35,948 nt of DNA, taken from assembly GCA_050246315.1 (NCBI GenBank), contig JBFWWG010000020.1, positions 1 through 35,948 on the forward strand, in the 5' to 3' direction. Positions within the stretch are counted from its first letter, which is position 1. Each line of letters starts with the position of its first letter. Made by a program: the position numbers and the translations under genes. The stretch comes from Nitrospiraceae bacterium. GTDB taxonomy: Bacteria; Nitrospirota; Nitrospiria; Nitrospirales; Nitrospiraceae. The notes beneath the pieces were generated by a model that worked only from the letters and a program-made list of their open reading frames with translations, was not told the DNA's origin and made no database searches. Shown here in pieces: positions 28,433 through 35,948 of this stretch.

Positions 28433-28583
28433 TCCATCCTCCACTCTGTTAACTCGATGTTGGCCTTATGCATCCTGCCGACGAACCTACTGTTACGTTC
28501 TTTGGTGCCGTCCTTGGCCGAGAGTCCTCGTTCGCCTATACAATGCAAGAAGCAGGAGAGCAAGCTCGCGCGTTGGTGATGCC

Positions 28584-28611
28584 TTGACATCACACCCGAT
28601 GATGCTATGAT
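28584..28611 (+). promoter_or_regulatory. Sigma70-type promoter of a leaderless TA operon
   Basis: TTGACA, 16 bp, TATGAT; ATG 6 nt after the -10. Confidence 0.62.
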
Positions 28612-28617
28612 GCCTCC

Positions 28618-28884
28618 ATGCGCACCACAATCCGTATCGATGACGACCTCCTCCGAAAGCTCAGGGAACAGGCGCGCAAGGAAGATACCCCTCTGACCCG
28701 CCTACTTGACCGGACGCTACGCGCGGGCATGCGGGCGTCGCCCAAACCATCCTCGCCGACACGACGCCACCGGGAGCGGACCCACGCGATGGGTTCGCCC
28801 AGGATCAAACTCGACAAAGCTTTGGCATTGGCAGCGGCACTGGAGGATGAAGAGATCGTCAGGAAAGTGCTCGGCCGCAAGTGA
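28618..28884 (+). CDS. vapB: VapB-type RHH antitoxin
   Basis: MRTTIRIDDDLLRKLR...LDKALALAAALEDEE; GTGA overlap with the toxin. Confidence 0.88.
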   Translation: MRTTIRIDDDLLRKLREQARKEDTPLTRLLDRTLRAGMRASPKPSSPTRRHRERTHAMGSPRIKLDKALALAAALEDEEIVRKVLGRK

Positions 28885-29330
28885 AGCTGATCGATCTCAA
28901 CATCCTCCTCTATGCCATCAACGAAGACTCTCCTCACCACAGTCCCATCCAGGCTTGGTGGGAACAGGCGCTCAATGGTGACGAGCCTCTGGGGCTGCCC
29001 TGGGTCGTCCTGCTTGGGTTTCTTCGCATCTCCACCAATCACGACATATTCCCACGACCGCTGAGTTCTGATACAGCAATCGACAAGGTTCACGCCTGGC
29101 TGGCGCTTGATACCACGAGCCTCGTGCCGGAAAAAGAGGAGCACTGGGAAATTCTCCGTTCCTTATTGAGCGAGACCGGTACGGCAGCCAATTTGGTGAC
29201 CGATGCCCATCTTGCCGCGCTCGCGATCAGTTACGATGCCGTCCTCGTCTCATGTGACAATGACTTTGCGCGGTTCAAGCGGCTACGTTGGGAGAATCCG
29301 ATAGGTCGCAAGCGACACCGGCGGTCGTGA
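28881..29330 (+). CDS. vapC: VapC PIN-domain toxin
   Basis: MKLIDLNILLYA, GFLRISTN, NLVTDAHLAALA, SCDNDFARF. Confidence 0.92.
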   Translation: MKLIDLNILLYAINEDSPHHSPIQAWWEQALNGDEPLGLPWVVLLGFLRISTNHDIFPRPLSSDTAIDKVHAWLALDTTSLVPEKEEHWEILRSLLSETGTAANLVTDAHLAALAISYDAVLVSCDNDFARFKRLRWENPIGRKRHRRS

Positions 29331-29562
29331 CGTCAGTTCACCCTGGCTCGCACTATTCACGATGACTTCTACTGCCATCACCGAGCGACCCGTTGGCTCG
29401 ACTCCTTGCATACAGAAGATCAAGAGGTACTCCGTCGCAATCGGTACCCCGGCTGTGACGAGCTTGAGTGCGAGGTTCACCTCCATGCTTCAGCCTCCGC
29501 TTGGAGGCCTGTTGCAGCGGCGTAGCGGTGATTGCAGGAAAACCGTTCATGAACACTGTCGG

Positions 29563-31260
29563 CTAAGAGGCATGATCGCCGTCCGAGGTTCCGGACGGTG
29601 TTCGCGCGCCTTCTCGCCGGCCGTCCGCCAGCGTGGAGGCGACGGCCGGGGCCGTAAACCACTTCTCTCTCGGCACAATTTTGGGCTCCGGAGGATCACC
29701 TTCATAGGCGGGCGTCATGATCTGCACACCGTGTTCGTTGAACAGATCAAGAATATTCCGGTGTAACTCGGTCAGCGTGTGGGACGTTTGCTGAGTGTCG
29801 GCCGTGTAGGCATTCACCTCGTACGTCACGGCAAAATCACCGAGCTCTTTCTGGAGCACGTACGGCGACGGGCGCTTCAGTAAGCCGGGCGTCCGATCGG
29901 CCGCCTGCAGCAAGATGGCCTCGACCTGACGCCAGGGCGTCTCGTAACCGATCCCGACCGTCGTATGCAGGATCAAGCCCTCCTTCTCGGCCAGGGAGCT
30001 GTAGTTGATCACGTGCGTGTTCAGAATCATGGAGTTGGGCACCACGATCTCCTCGTTCTTCAGGGATCGGAGATGCGTGACCAGCAGGCGCATTTCAGTC
30101 ACGTTTCCGACCAATTCGTCGATCTTCACCAGGTCCCCGACTTTGAACGCGCGGCGATAGATCATGGTGTAGCCCGCGATGATATTGGAGATCGCCGAGG
30201 AAGATCCGAGCGAGAGAATGATGCCGAGGAAGATCGAGACGCCCTTGAACGCCTCGGATTCGGAACCCGGGACGTAGGGATAGGCCACGACCACGGTGAA
30301 GGCAATGGTACCCAAACGCAAGAGGCGAAAGGTCGGCAGGGCCCATTCCCGATCGAACCCGGATATCGAGACCGTGCCCCGCGCAATCCCGGCGAAGAAG
30401 TGATGCAGCATCTGGAGGGCGTACCGCACCACAATGATGAGAATCGCGAGAAAAACCAGATTCGGCAGCGCGGCCAGGATCGCCGTGGCCATCTGACTGA
30501 TGGGATTGAACAGAATGGCAAAGAGCCGGACCGAAATGGGCTTGGTCCAGGGAAAGAGCGCAAGAACGTATTGAACGTACGACATGCCGACGATCGACAG
30601 GAGGAGGACATAGACGGCGTGTTCGACCAATTGAAACCCGGCCCACAGCCGGTCCGCCTGAACGATCTGTAGCGATTGAAATCGCAAACCCTGAAGGCGA
30701 GCCTTGACCCGGCGCTGGCTGAATTGTCTTAGCCGTTGAAACGTCCATCGAATTCCCCACACCAGACCAGCAACGAACAATGTGGCGGTGGCTGCATGAC
30801 CGGCGCCGATCAGCAGCACCCGCAAGGTTCGATCGTGCCGATAACTGATGATGGCCTCCGCAATGCGAGTTCGGTTAAGGAGGGCGAGCGACTGGCGTGA
30901 CACATGTTCGAGTGCCGCGTCCGCATCGAAGACGTTCATAACCAATTGGTTGTCGGCATAAATCTCGGAACGCCCCTCGATCTCCGCGGCACGAAGCGAC
31001 TCCACTGAGACCGTCTCATCGGCGGCGAGTGCGATGATGCGGTCGGCGATGACCTGCGCCCGCCGCTCGGCGGGATAGGCGGAGGTGCCGCGCACCCGGA
31101 AGAGTATGTTTCCGTCGATCGTGACCGATGCGCTGGGCCGCTCCAATTGGGCGGACGGTTCATTCTTCTCAGCCTCGGCCTCAATAGGAATCCACAGCGC
31201 CGCTACGATCAGCAGCAACCAGCAGACCAGCCTGCTTTGCTTCCAGCACCTCCGCGTCAC
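29563..31260 (-). CDS. MscS-family mechanosensitive channel (second, distinct subfamily)
   Basis: FKGVSIFLGIILSLGSSSAISNIIAG, FKVGDLV, VPNS, IGYETPWRQVE, GVQIMTPAY. AAGGAGG RBS before GTG at 31260. Confidence 0.92.
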   Translation of the reverse strand: MTRRCWKQSRLVCWLLLIVAALWIPIEAEAEKNEPSAQLERPSASVTIDGNILFRVRGTSAYPAERRAQVIADRIIALAADETVSVESLRAAEIEGRSEIYADNQLVMNVFDADAALEHVSRQSLALLNRTRIAEAIISYRHDRTLRVLLIGAGHAATATLFVAGLVWGIRWTFQRLRQFSQRRVKARLQGLRFQSLQIVQADRLWAGFQLVEHAVYVLLLSIVGMSYVQYVLALFPWTKPISVRLFAILFNPISQMATAILAALPNLVFLAILIIVVRYALQMLHHFFAGIARGTVSISGFDREWALPTFRLLRLGTIAFTVVVAYPYVPGSESEAFKGVSIFLGIILSLGSSSAISNIIAGYTMIYRRAFKVGDLVKIDELVGNVTEMRLLVTHLRSLKNEEIVVPNSMILNTHVINYSSLAEKEGLILHTTVGIGYETPWRQVEAILLQAADRTPGLLKRPSPYVLQKELGDFAVTYEVNAYTADTQQTSHTLTELHRNILDLFNEHGVQIMTPAYEGDPPEPKIVPREKWFTAPAVASTLADGRREGARTPSGTSDGDHAS

Positions 31261-31371
31261 TCGTTCCTCCTTGTGGTGCTCTGTGCCTGGATCATTTGAG
31301 AAACCCATCGCCATGGCGCATAGAGAACTCCACTGAGATGAGGTCGTGTACCATGTCGCTAAGCGGGCCGG

Positions 31372-31391
31372 AACTGTCAATAGTGACAAAG
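31372..31391. promoter_or_regulatory. Palindromic operator AACTGTCAATAGTGACAAAG (box 5)
   Basis: One mismatch to consensus. Minus-strand TGgTACACG with the hexamer 22 nt beyond the box edge. Confidence 0.68.
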
Positions 31392-31435
31392 CCTCGACAA
31401 CGTGCGACGTGTTCGTCACTCGCAAGGCCTCCTAG

Positions 31436-31564
31436 CAGGCTGAATACAATCCTCCGTTCATCCGGAGAGGTGGTCAGGACGAATGGAGCGCTCATTGAAT
31501 ATCTTGGTGTACTCCGGTCGTGCTGAGCCTGTCGAAGCACGCAAATCGAGTTTTTCCGCAACGC
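31436..31564. repeat. F2 element, second copy (inverted), between two CTAG sites
   Basis: Reverse complement aligns with 20071-20201 (GCGGAA.A.CTCGATTTG.GTG.TT.GACAGGCTC.GCA...TTCGTCCTGA...GGATGAACGGA). Confidence 0.7.
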
Positions 31565-31568
31565 CTAG

Positions 31569-31930
31569 CCCGCATTATTCATGAATGCTTCTACTGCAAC
31601 CGTGCATTCGCCGCTACGACAAGCCCGGCCGGTCGAAGGGATTTCTCCGGCGGCGTATCAAACACTGAGGAAGGGACATGCCCGTAGAGTGCTTCTCCGT
31701 CGGCGCAGCTACGAAAATACGATGAATAGCCGACGGTCCAAGCGAAGCTTCGTATAGAGGGACTCTGCCCGATGAGCCGCCGGCTCACACGAAGTGCGGT
31801 ATGGCGGGCGGGCTCGCTGCTCGGTCGGTCAACATACTGTTTCAAGTATGTCTCCCTCCCTCGCATCTCCACGCGCCCGTCTCGGTGGCGACTTCGCGGT
31901 TTCGTGACGAACCGTCATGAATAATGTGGG
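31569..31930. mobile_element. F1 MITE, longest copy (362 bp)
   Basis: CTAG|CCCGCATTATTCATGA ... TCATGAATAATGTGGG|CTAG; TIR 15/16 identical. Confidence 0.85.
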
Positions 31931-31947
31931 CTAGCTCACCTGTCGTC

Positions 31948-33165
31948 CTAATCCCACTTCACCGCATCCCGCTCGTGGCATGGAACGGGCTCCCGACGAT
32001 AGACATTCAACAGGCCGTAATGGTCGGAGGCCGGGAGGCCCAGACTGTCGGTCTCCTGCCCAAAGAGCGTTTGTGTCAGACAGTAGCCCGGCAAGAAGGA
32101 GTGCTCGATCAGATAGTCGATCTGCCTCGGTCGTCGCATTTCGGTCCGATAGGCTTCCGTGATGGATGCTTGCACCGCCGGCTCTTCCTTTGCAGTCAGA
32201 TCGACCAGGATGGAGGGAAATGGCGACGTCTCCGGATCGGGAATCAGCCGATTGTGCAGTGGATCTGCCGTATAGCGTCGGCCGTTGTGGTTCGCGATCC
32301 GCGAGGTATCGAGATAGCGCAGGAGTCTGACTTCCTCGTATTCGGGATGACCTTCCTCAAAATTCAGATCGCCTCCGAAAATGATCCCCGTATAGGACCC
32401 CTCCCGCTTGAGCTTGTTCAAGGTCCGGGTCAGCCGATTGAGTTCGCCGATGCGGCGCAATCTGGACTGCTCGATCTCCCATCGCAGGTCGGCGTACCGG
32501 CCGAACGTCTCCCTGTGATCGGATAATCGGGTCAGGAATGGAGCGCCGGCTTCGAATCCCGAGTGGAGATGCGTCGAGGCCACCAGATACTTCCCCGTCG
32601 TTCCCGGAATGGCAATTTCGCCGATCAGTCCATATCGCAACTCCTCCAGTTGAAAGCCGGAACTCGTGCGGCATCGGCCGAAATCTCCGCTTAATTTCAA
32701 CCCGGCAAGTTTTTGAAGGCGCAGCGGCGTCTTTGCCAGTATCACCAAGCCGTTGTTCAGATCCGTGAACAAGGCCCGATTCTCGCTCATGCGCATCCCA
32801 CAGGCATCGACTTGATGAATCTCGGCGTAGTCGAGCCCGGCTTCCTTCAAGGCGTGCACATAGCGTTCCGCCCGCGCAGGAAGCGGGTTCACTTCCTGAA
32901 GGAACACGAGGTCCGGCGCGACGCGGGTGAGCTGCAGGATCAGCAATTGAAAGCGGCGTTCGTTTTCCTCGATCGATTCGCCGGCCGTCACGCCGAACTT
33001 TCCGGTCAGCAGACCATGCAGCGCGTTGTACGTCACGACGCGAAAGGCGTCGGGAGCGGCGGAGCCCTCTTCGAGAGGCGGCACGACTTCCGATTGCTGC
33101 GCCGGTCCTGCGCAAGACAACAGTCCCCAGGCGACCAATGCGATCCAGAGCCGGCGAATTGTCAC
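31948..33165 (-). CDS. Endonuclease/exonuclease/phosphatase (EEP) family lipoprotein
   Basis: Lipobox LLSC; VVTYN, DLVFLQEV, STHL, GGDLN, RQIDY, ASDHY. Confidence 0.88.
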   Translation of the reverse strand: MTIRRLWIALVAWGLLSCAGPAQQSEVVPPLEEGSAAPDAFRVVTYNALHGLLTGKFGVTAGESIEENERRFQLLILQLTRVAPDLVFLQEVNPLPARAERYVHALKEAGLDYAEIHQVDACGMRMSENRALFTDLNNGLVILAKTPLRLQKLAGLKLSGDFGRCRTSSGFQLEELRYGLIGEIAIPGTTGKYLVASTHLHSGFEAGAPFLTRLSDHRETFGRYADLRWEIEQSRLRRIGELNRLTRTLNKLKREGSYTGIIFGGDLNFEEGHPEYEEVRLLRYLDTSRIANHNGRRYTADPLHNRLIPDPETSPFPSILVDLTAKEEPAVQASITEAYRTEMRRPRQIDYLIEHSFLPGYCLTQTLFGQETDSLGLPASDHYGLLNVYRREPVPCHERDAVKWD

Positions 33166-33881
33166 GGTTCATCCTTCGAGAGTCGGTTCAGCATGGCTTG
33201 CAGGCGGTCCGAATACCAGTGTCGGACGCGACCCGGGTGTTCCAGGATGTCCTGTGAGCGAAATGGGCCTCCATAATAGAGCGCGTGCGCTTGGTCATTC
33301 GAGAACACCAAGGTCCCACTCAGCTTCACCCCGGCAAAAGCGCCTTTCACCCTTGCAAATGAAATGACGTCCGCACTCAGCGTGGGAGTGGTTGACCCGC
33401 TCACGGCTCTCCCAACCGGCCCCGCTGCCAACGTGATCCCCGTTCCGAGAAAGAACCGGCTGTGGACAAATGATTCGGCGCTCCGCTTCGTCATCGCCAA
33501 CGCGACCACCTCCGCTTGCGCAATCCCGATCTGAAGTCCGACCCCGGCGCTCACCAGGGTGAGGAAGGCCGGATCACTCCACCGCCCTGTTTGCTCATCT
33601 CTCACCAGCACGATCGCCTTTCCGTACGCAGCGCCGAGAAGGTAGCCGAGACGAACCATGTCAGGCACAATAACGATCGCTTGCGCCTCCTTCGCATATC
33701 GGCGAAACCAATCCATGTCGGGGTGTTCCTCGAATCGAGCGAACGTCAAACGCGATTCATCGACGAGCTCTTGCACGTCCGCCAGGTCAAGGGCGCTGCT
33801 CTGGTCTGGCGCGACGACGAACAGAGCCGCGACTATCAGGCAAGTCAGAAACGGTGCTCGGTGAGGCCCGGCGATGATCAT
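33162..33881 (-). CDS. Secreted lipid-binding SYLF (Ysc84) domain protein
   Basis: AQAIVIVP, GYLLGAAYGKAIV, WSDPAF, GVGLQIG, AAGPVGR, SFARVKGAFAGV.LSG, YYG. GTGA overlap with the EEP gene. Confidence 0.88.
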   Translation of the reverse strand: MIIAGPHRAPFLTCLIVAALFVVAPDQSSALDLADVQELVDESRLTFARFEEHPDMDWFRRYAKEAQAIVIVPDMVRLGYLLGAAYGKAIVLVRDEQTGRWSDPAFLTLVSAGVGLQIGIAQAEVVALAMTKRSAESFVHSRFFLGTGITLAAGPVGRAVSGSTTPTLSADVISFARVKGAFAGVKLSGTLVFSNDQAHALYYGGPFRSQDILEHPGRVRHWYSDRLQAMLNRLSKDEP

Positions 33882-34094
33882 CAGGTGTGCGGGGGGCTGA
33901 TCGGCTGTGGCGTCATCGGGGGATGATGCCGCCCGAGACAGGGCGAAGCTCCGGGAGAGTGGGGGGATTCCCTTGCATCTGGGAAATGGCGCGGTTGTGT
34001 TGCACGGACCTCCCACTCGGTGATGACCGAGTCCGGGAATCAGTTCGGCGAGGTACGGTTCATCTCAACCGGCTCGGTCCGCCCTATCGATTCC

Positions 34095-34634
34095 TCAGTC
34101 GATCAGTGGGATTTCCCGCGCGAGCTCATATTTCAAGAGCGATCGGATCTTGTTTTCGATCTGAAGGTATCGGGCGACCTTAGCCTCCGGCAACACGTGG
34201 GCGAATTGCCGGGCATAGGATTGCTTGATCGCCACCTCGGCCGCCTCCACGGCCAGTACCTCATCGAGCAGGTTCGACGCTGTGCCGTCCGGCACGGGGC
34301 CTTTTTTAAAGGCTTCGGCATAGTCCGTGATGGTCCGACCGAGCCGCCGGTCAATCAGGTCCAGATTCTGCTGATAGGAGTCATACAGGGGCCAGAATTT
34401 TCCGGCCTCCTCGTCCGTCAGCTCCATGTTGTTTGACACCAACGATCTCTTGTCCGCCTTGATCTTGTTCAGCAGCACCTCGAAATCGGTGGCGATGGAA
34501 CTCGTCGTACCGGCGGTAGGAGACGCGGCCGAGGTGGTTGCCGTGCTCGAGGATGTGCTCCGGGACGGCTCCGACGCACAGGCCTGTACGAACAGCAACC
34601 CTACGACCGCGATCTCCCATCCGATGTGTCTCAC
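34095..34634 (-). CDS. Helical periplasmic lipoprotein, paralog 3 of tandem triplet
   Basis: Lipobox VQAC, Ser/Thr/Ala linker, KADKR..V..NMELTDEEA..FWPLYD.YQ...KVARYLQIE.KIR. Confidence 0.85.
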   Translation of the reverse strand: MRHIGWEIAVVGLLFVQACASEPSRSTSSSTATTSAASPTAGTTSSIATDFEVLLNKIKADKRSLVSNNMELTDEEAGKFWPLYDSYQQNLDLIDRRLGRTITDYAEAFKKGPVPDGTASNLLDEVLAVEAAEVAIKQSYARQFAHVLPEAKVARYLQIENKIRSLLKYELAREIPLID

Positions 34635-34678
34635 TGACTGTCTCCTCTGTCCATCGCTCTGTCGGATCCTCTCATGGC

Positions 34679-35230
34679 TCAGTACACCAGCGGAATCTCC
34701 CGAGCCAATTCAAACTTCAGCAATGACCGGATCTTGGTTTCGATCTGAAGGTACCGCGCGACTTTGGCATCCGGCAGCACGCGGCTGAATTGCTGAGCGA
34801 AGTCTTTCTTCAACATGACTTCGGCATCTTCCAGATTCAGCATTTCGTCGAGCAACTTCGAGGCCGTGCTGTCCGGCAACGGACCCTTCTTGTAGGCCTC
34901 GGCATACTCCATGATTGTCCCGCCGAGCTGGTTGTTGAGATCCGTCAGTTTCTTCTGATACCCGTCATACAACGGCCAAAAGTTTTGCGCTTCTGCGTCC
35001 GTCAGCTCCATATTGCTGGCCACCAACAGTTTCTTATCCGCCTTGATCTTGTTCATCAGGATCTCGACATTGGTTGCGGACGGACTCTTTTGGACGGCTG
35101 CGGTGGAGGTGGCTCGGGGAGTCGCCGGAGCGGCCGCCGTGGCGGATGAGGTGCTCCGGGAGGGTTCCGACGCGCAGGCTTGGACGAACAAACAACCGAC
35201 AACCAGCATTCCCAGTTCTAGTCTTCGCAT
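34679..35230 (-). CDS. Helical periplasmic lipoprotein, paralog 2 of tandem triplet
   Basis: Lipobox VQAC, Ala/Thr/Ser linker, same core; AAGGAG RBS. Confidence 0.85.
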   Translation of the reverse strand: MRRLELGMLVVGCLFVQACASEPSRSTSSATAAAPATPRATSTAAVQKSPSATNVEILMNKIKADKKLLVASNMELTDAEAQNFWPLYDGYQKKLTDLNNQLGGTIMEYAEAYKKGPLPDSTASKLLDEMLNLEDAEVMLKKDFAQQFSRVLPDAKVARYLQIETKIRSLLKFELAREIPLVY

Positions 35231-35286
35231 GGACACACTCCTTTATCGCATCTTGTTGGTCCTGTCATGTCGCGGATGGTCGTGAT

Positions 35287-35763
35287 CTAATAGACGAGCG
35301 GAATTTGTTGCGCGAGGTCGGCTTTGATGATCGCACGGATTTTGGTTTCCATCTGAATGTACCGAGCCGCCTTGGATGCCGGCAGGACTTTCCTGAGTTT
35401 GTCCGCAGTGGCTCGTTTCAGATGCGTTTCGGATTCTTCCACAGCCAACACTTCATTCATCAGCCTCTTGGCGGTGTCGTTCTGCAGCGCGCCCTTGTTA
35501 AAGGCTTCGGCATAGTCCCCGATCGTCCGACCGAGCCGGTTGTTGATCTTATCGAGTTCCGACTGATAGTCGTCGTAGAGGGGCCAGAAGGCCTTGGCCT
35601 CGGCATCGGTGAGATCCATATTGGTGGCGACCAGAAGCTTCTTGTCCGCCATTAGCTTCTCCTTGACGATTTCCATATTCGAGGCGTTGGCACCACTCTG
35701 TGCCAAAACCGGAGTGGTCCAGCCTACCAGGACAAGCAGGCAGATGACGTAGAAGGATTTCAT
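35287..35763 (-). CDS. Helical periplasmic protein (SPase I signal), paralog 1 of tandem triplet
   Basis: MKSFYV...PVLA-QS signal, same NMDLTDAEA..FWPLYD core; AAGGAG RBS. Confidence 0.85.
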   Translation of the reverse strand: MKSFYVICLLVLVGWTTPVLAQSGANASNMEIVKEKLMADKKLLVATNMDLTDAEAKAFWPLYDDYQSELDKINNRLGRTIGDYAEAFNKGALQNDTAKRLMNEVLAVEESETHLKRATADKLRKVLPASKAARYIQMETKIRAIIKADLAQQIPLVY

Positions 35764-35856
35764 GACCGAGCTCTCCTTTTTCTGAAGGTTGATGGATCTC
35801 TGTACGCTACCGTACGAGCGGTCCCTATTCTTTAACACCAAACAGGGGGAGGTTCC

Positions 35857-35876
35857 AACTGCCAAAGGTGACAGCT
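35857..35876. promoter_or_regulatory. Palindromic operator AACTGCCAAAGGTGACAGCT (box 6)
   Basis: One mismatch to consensus; 94 bp upstream of the triplet. Minus-strand TGtTAAAGA with the hexamer 23 nt beyond the box edge. Confidence 0.68.
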
Positions 35877-35948
35877 TGAGGGGGAACGTCTATACCATGG
35901 CGGGAGCTAAACCTGCAATCGCGCCGTGTGATCCGTTCCGCATGCGGC

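Noticed and set aside
17860..29400. Integron cassette array, suggested by many small genes and antisense TA modules
   Set aside because: No integrase and no recurring RYYYAAC...GTTRRRY attC structure found by eye.
29283..29486. 67-aa minus-strand ORF with a GGAGG RBS
   Set aside because: No recognisable family and it overlaps the vapC 3' end; may be a small gene or remnant but is unsupported.
1532..35876. Reading the palindrome as a proteobacterial LexA SOS box (CTGT-N8-ACAG)
   Set aside because: Fits formally, but the conserved inner CA/TG, non-alternating spacer, activator-like position and lack of DNA-repair targets argue against it. Not fully excluded.
1..35948. CRISPR array, tRNA or rRNA genes
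   Set aside because: No regularly spaced direct repeats, cloverleaf or rRNA-like sequence seen; the repeats present are dispersed TIR elements.

Overview
GC-rich bacterial window; gene content (DUF3015-like lipoprotein, atpG sequence, CTAG-bounded short repeats) is most compatible with a Nitrospira-like organism, which is inference only. Left end: acetate kinase (5' part, missed by the ORF track), class I fructose-bisphosphate aldolase, a divergent PPi-type phosphofructokinase, a beta-barrel protein and a stand-alone ATP synthase gamma gene. A complete RND efflux operon follows. The remainder is an accessory cell-envelope island: SYLF/Ysc84-like proteins, two MscS channels, a BON lipoprotein, beta-barrels, HAD and EEP hydrolases and three tandem helical paralogs. 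It is littered with gene remnants (formylglycine-generating enzyme, arylsulfatase, SYLF, DUF3015, VapC, IS1380 transposase), four PIN-type toxin-antitoxin loci, a Y1/HUH RAYT-type gene between inverted repeats, an ISL3-type MITE with an 8-bp target duplication and two families of CTAG-bounded MITE-like repeats. The most notable unannotated signal is a palindrome, CTGTCA-N4-TGACAG (lux/las-box-like), found six times outside intact genes. Five copies lie upstream of minus-strand genes, several at a fixed distance from a -10-like element, which suggests a shared, possibly quorum-sensing LuxR-type regulon.
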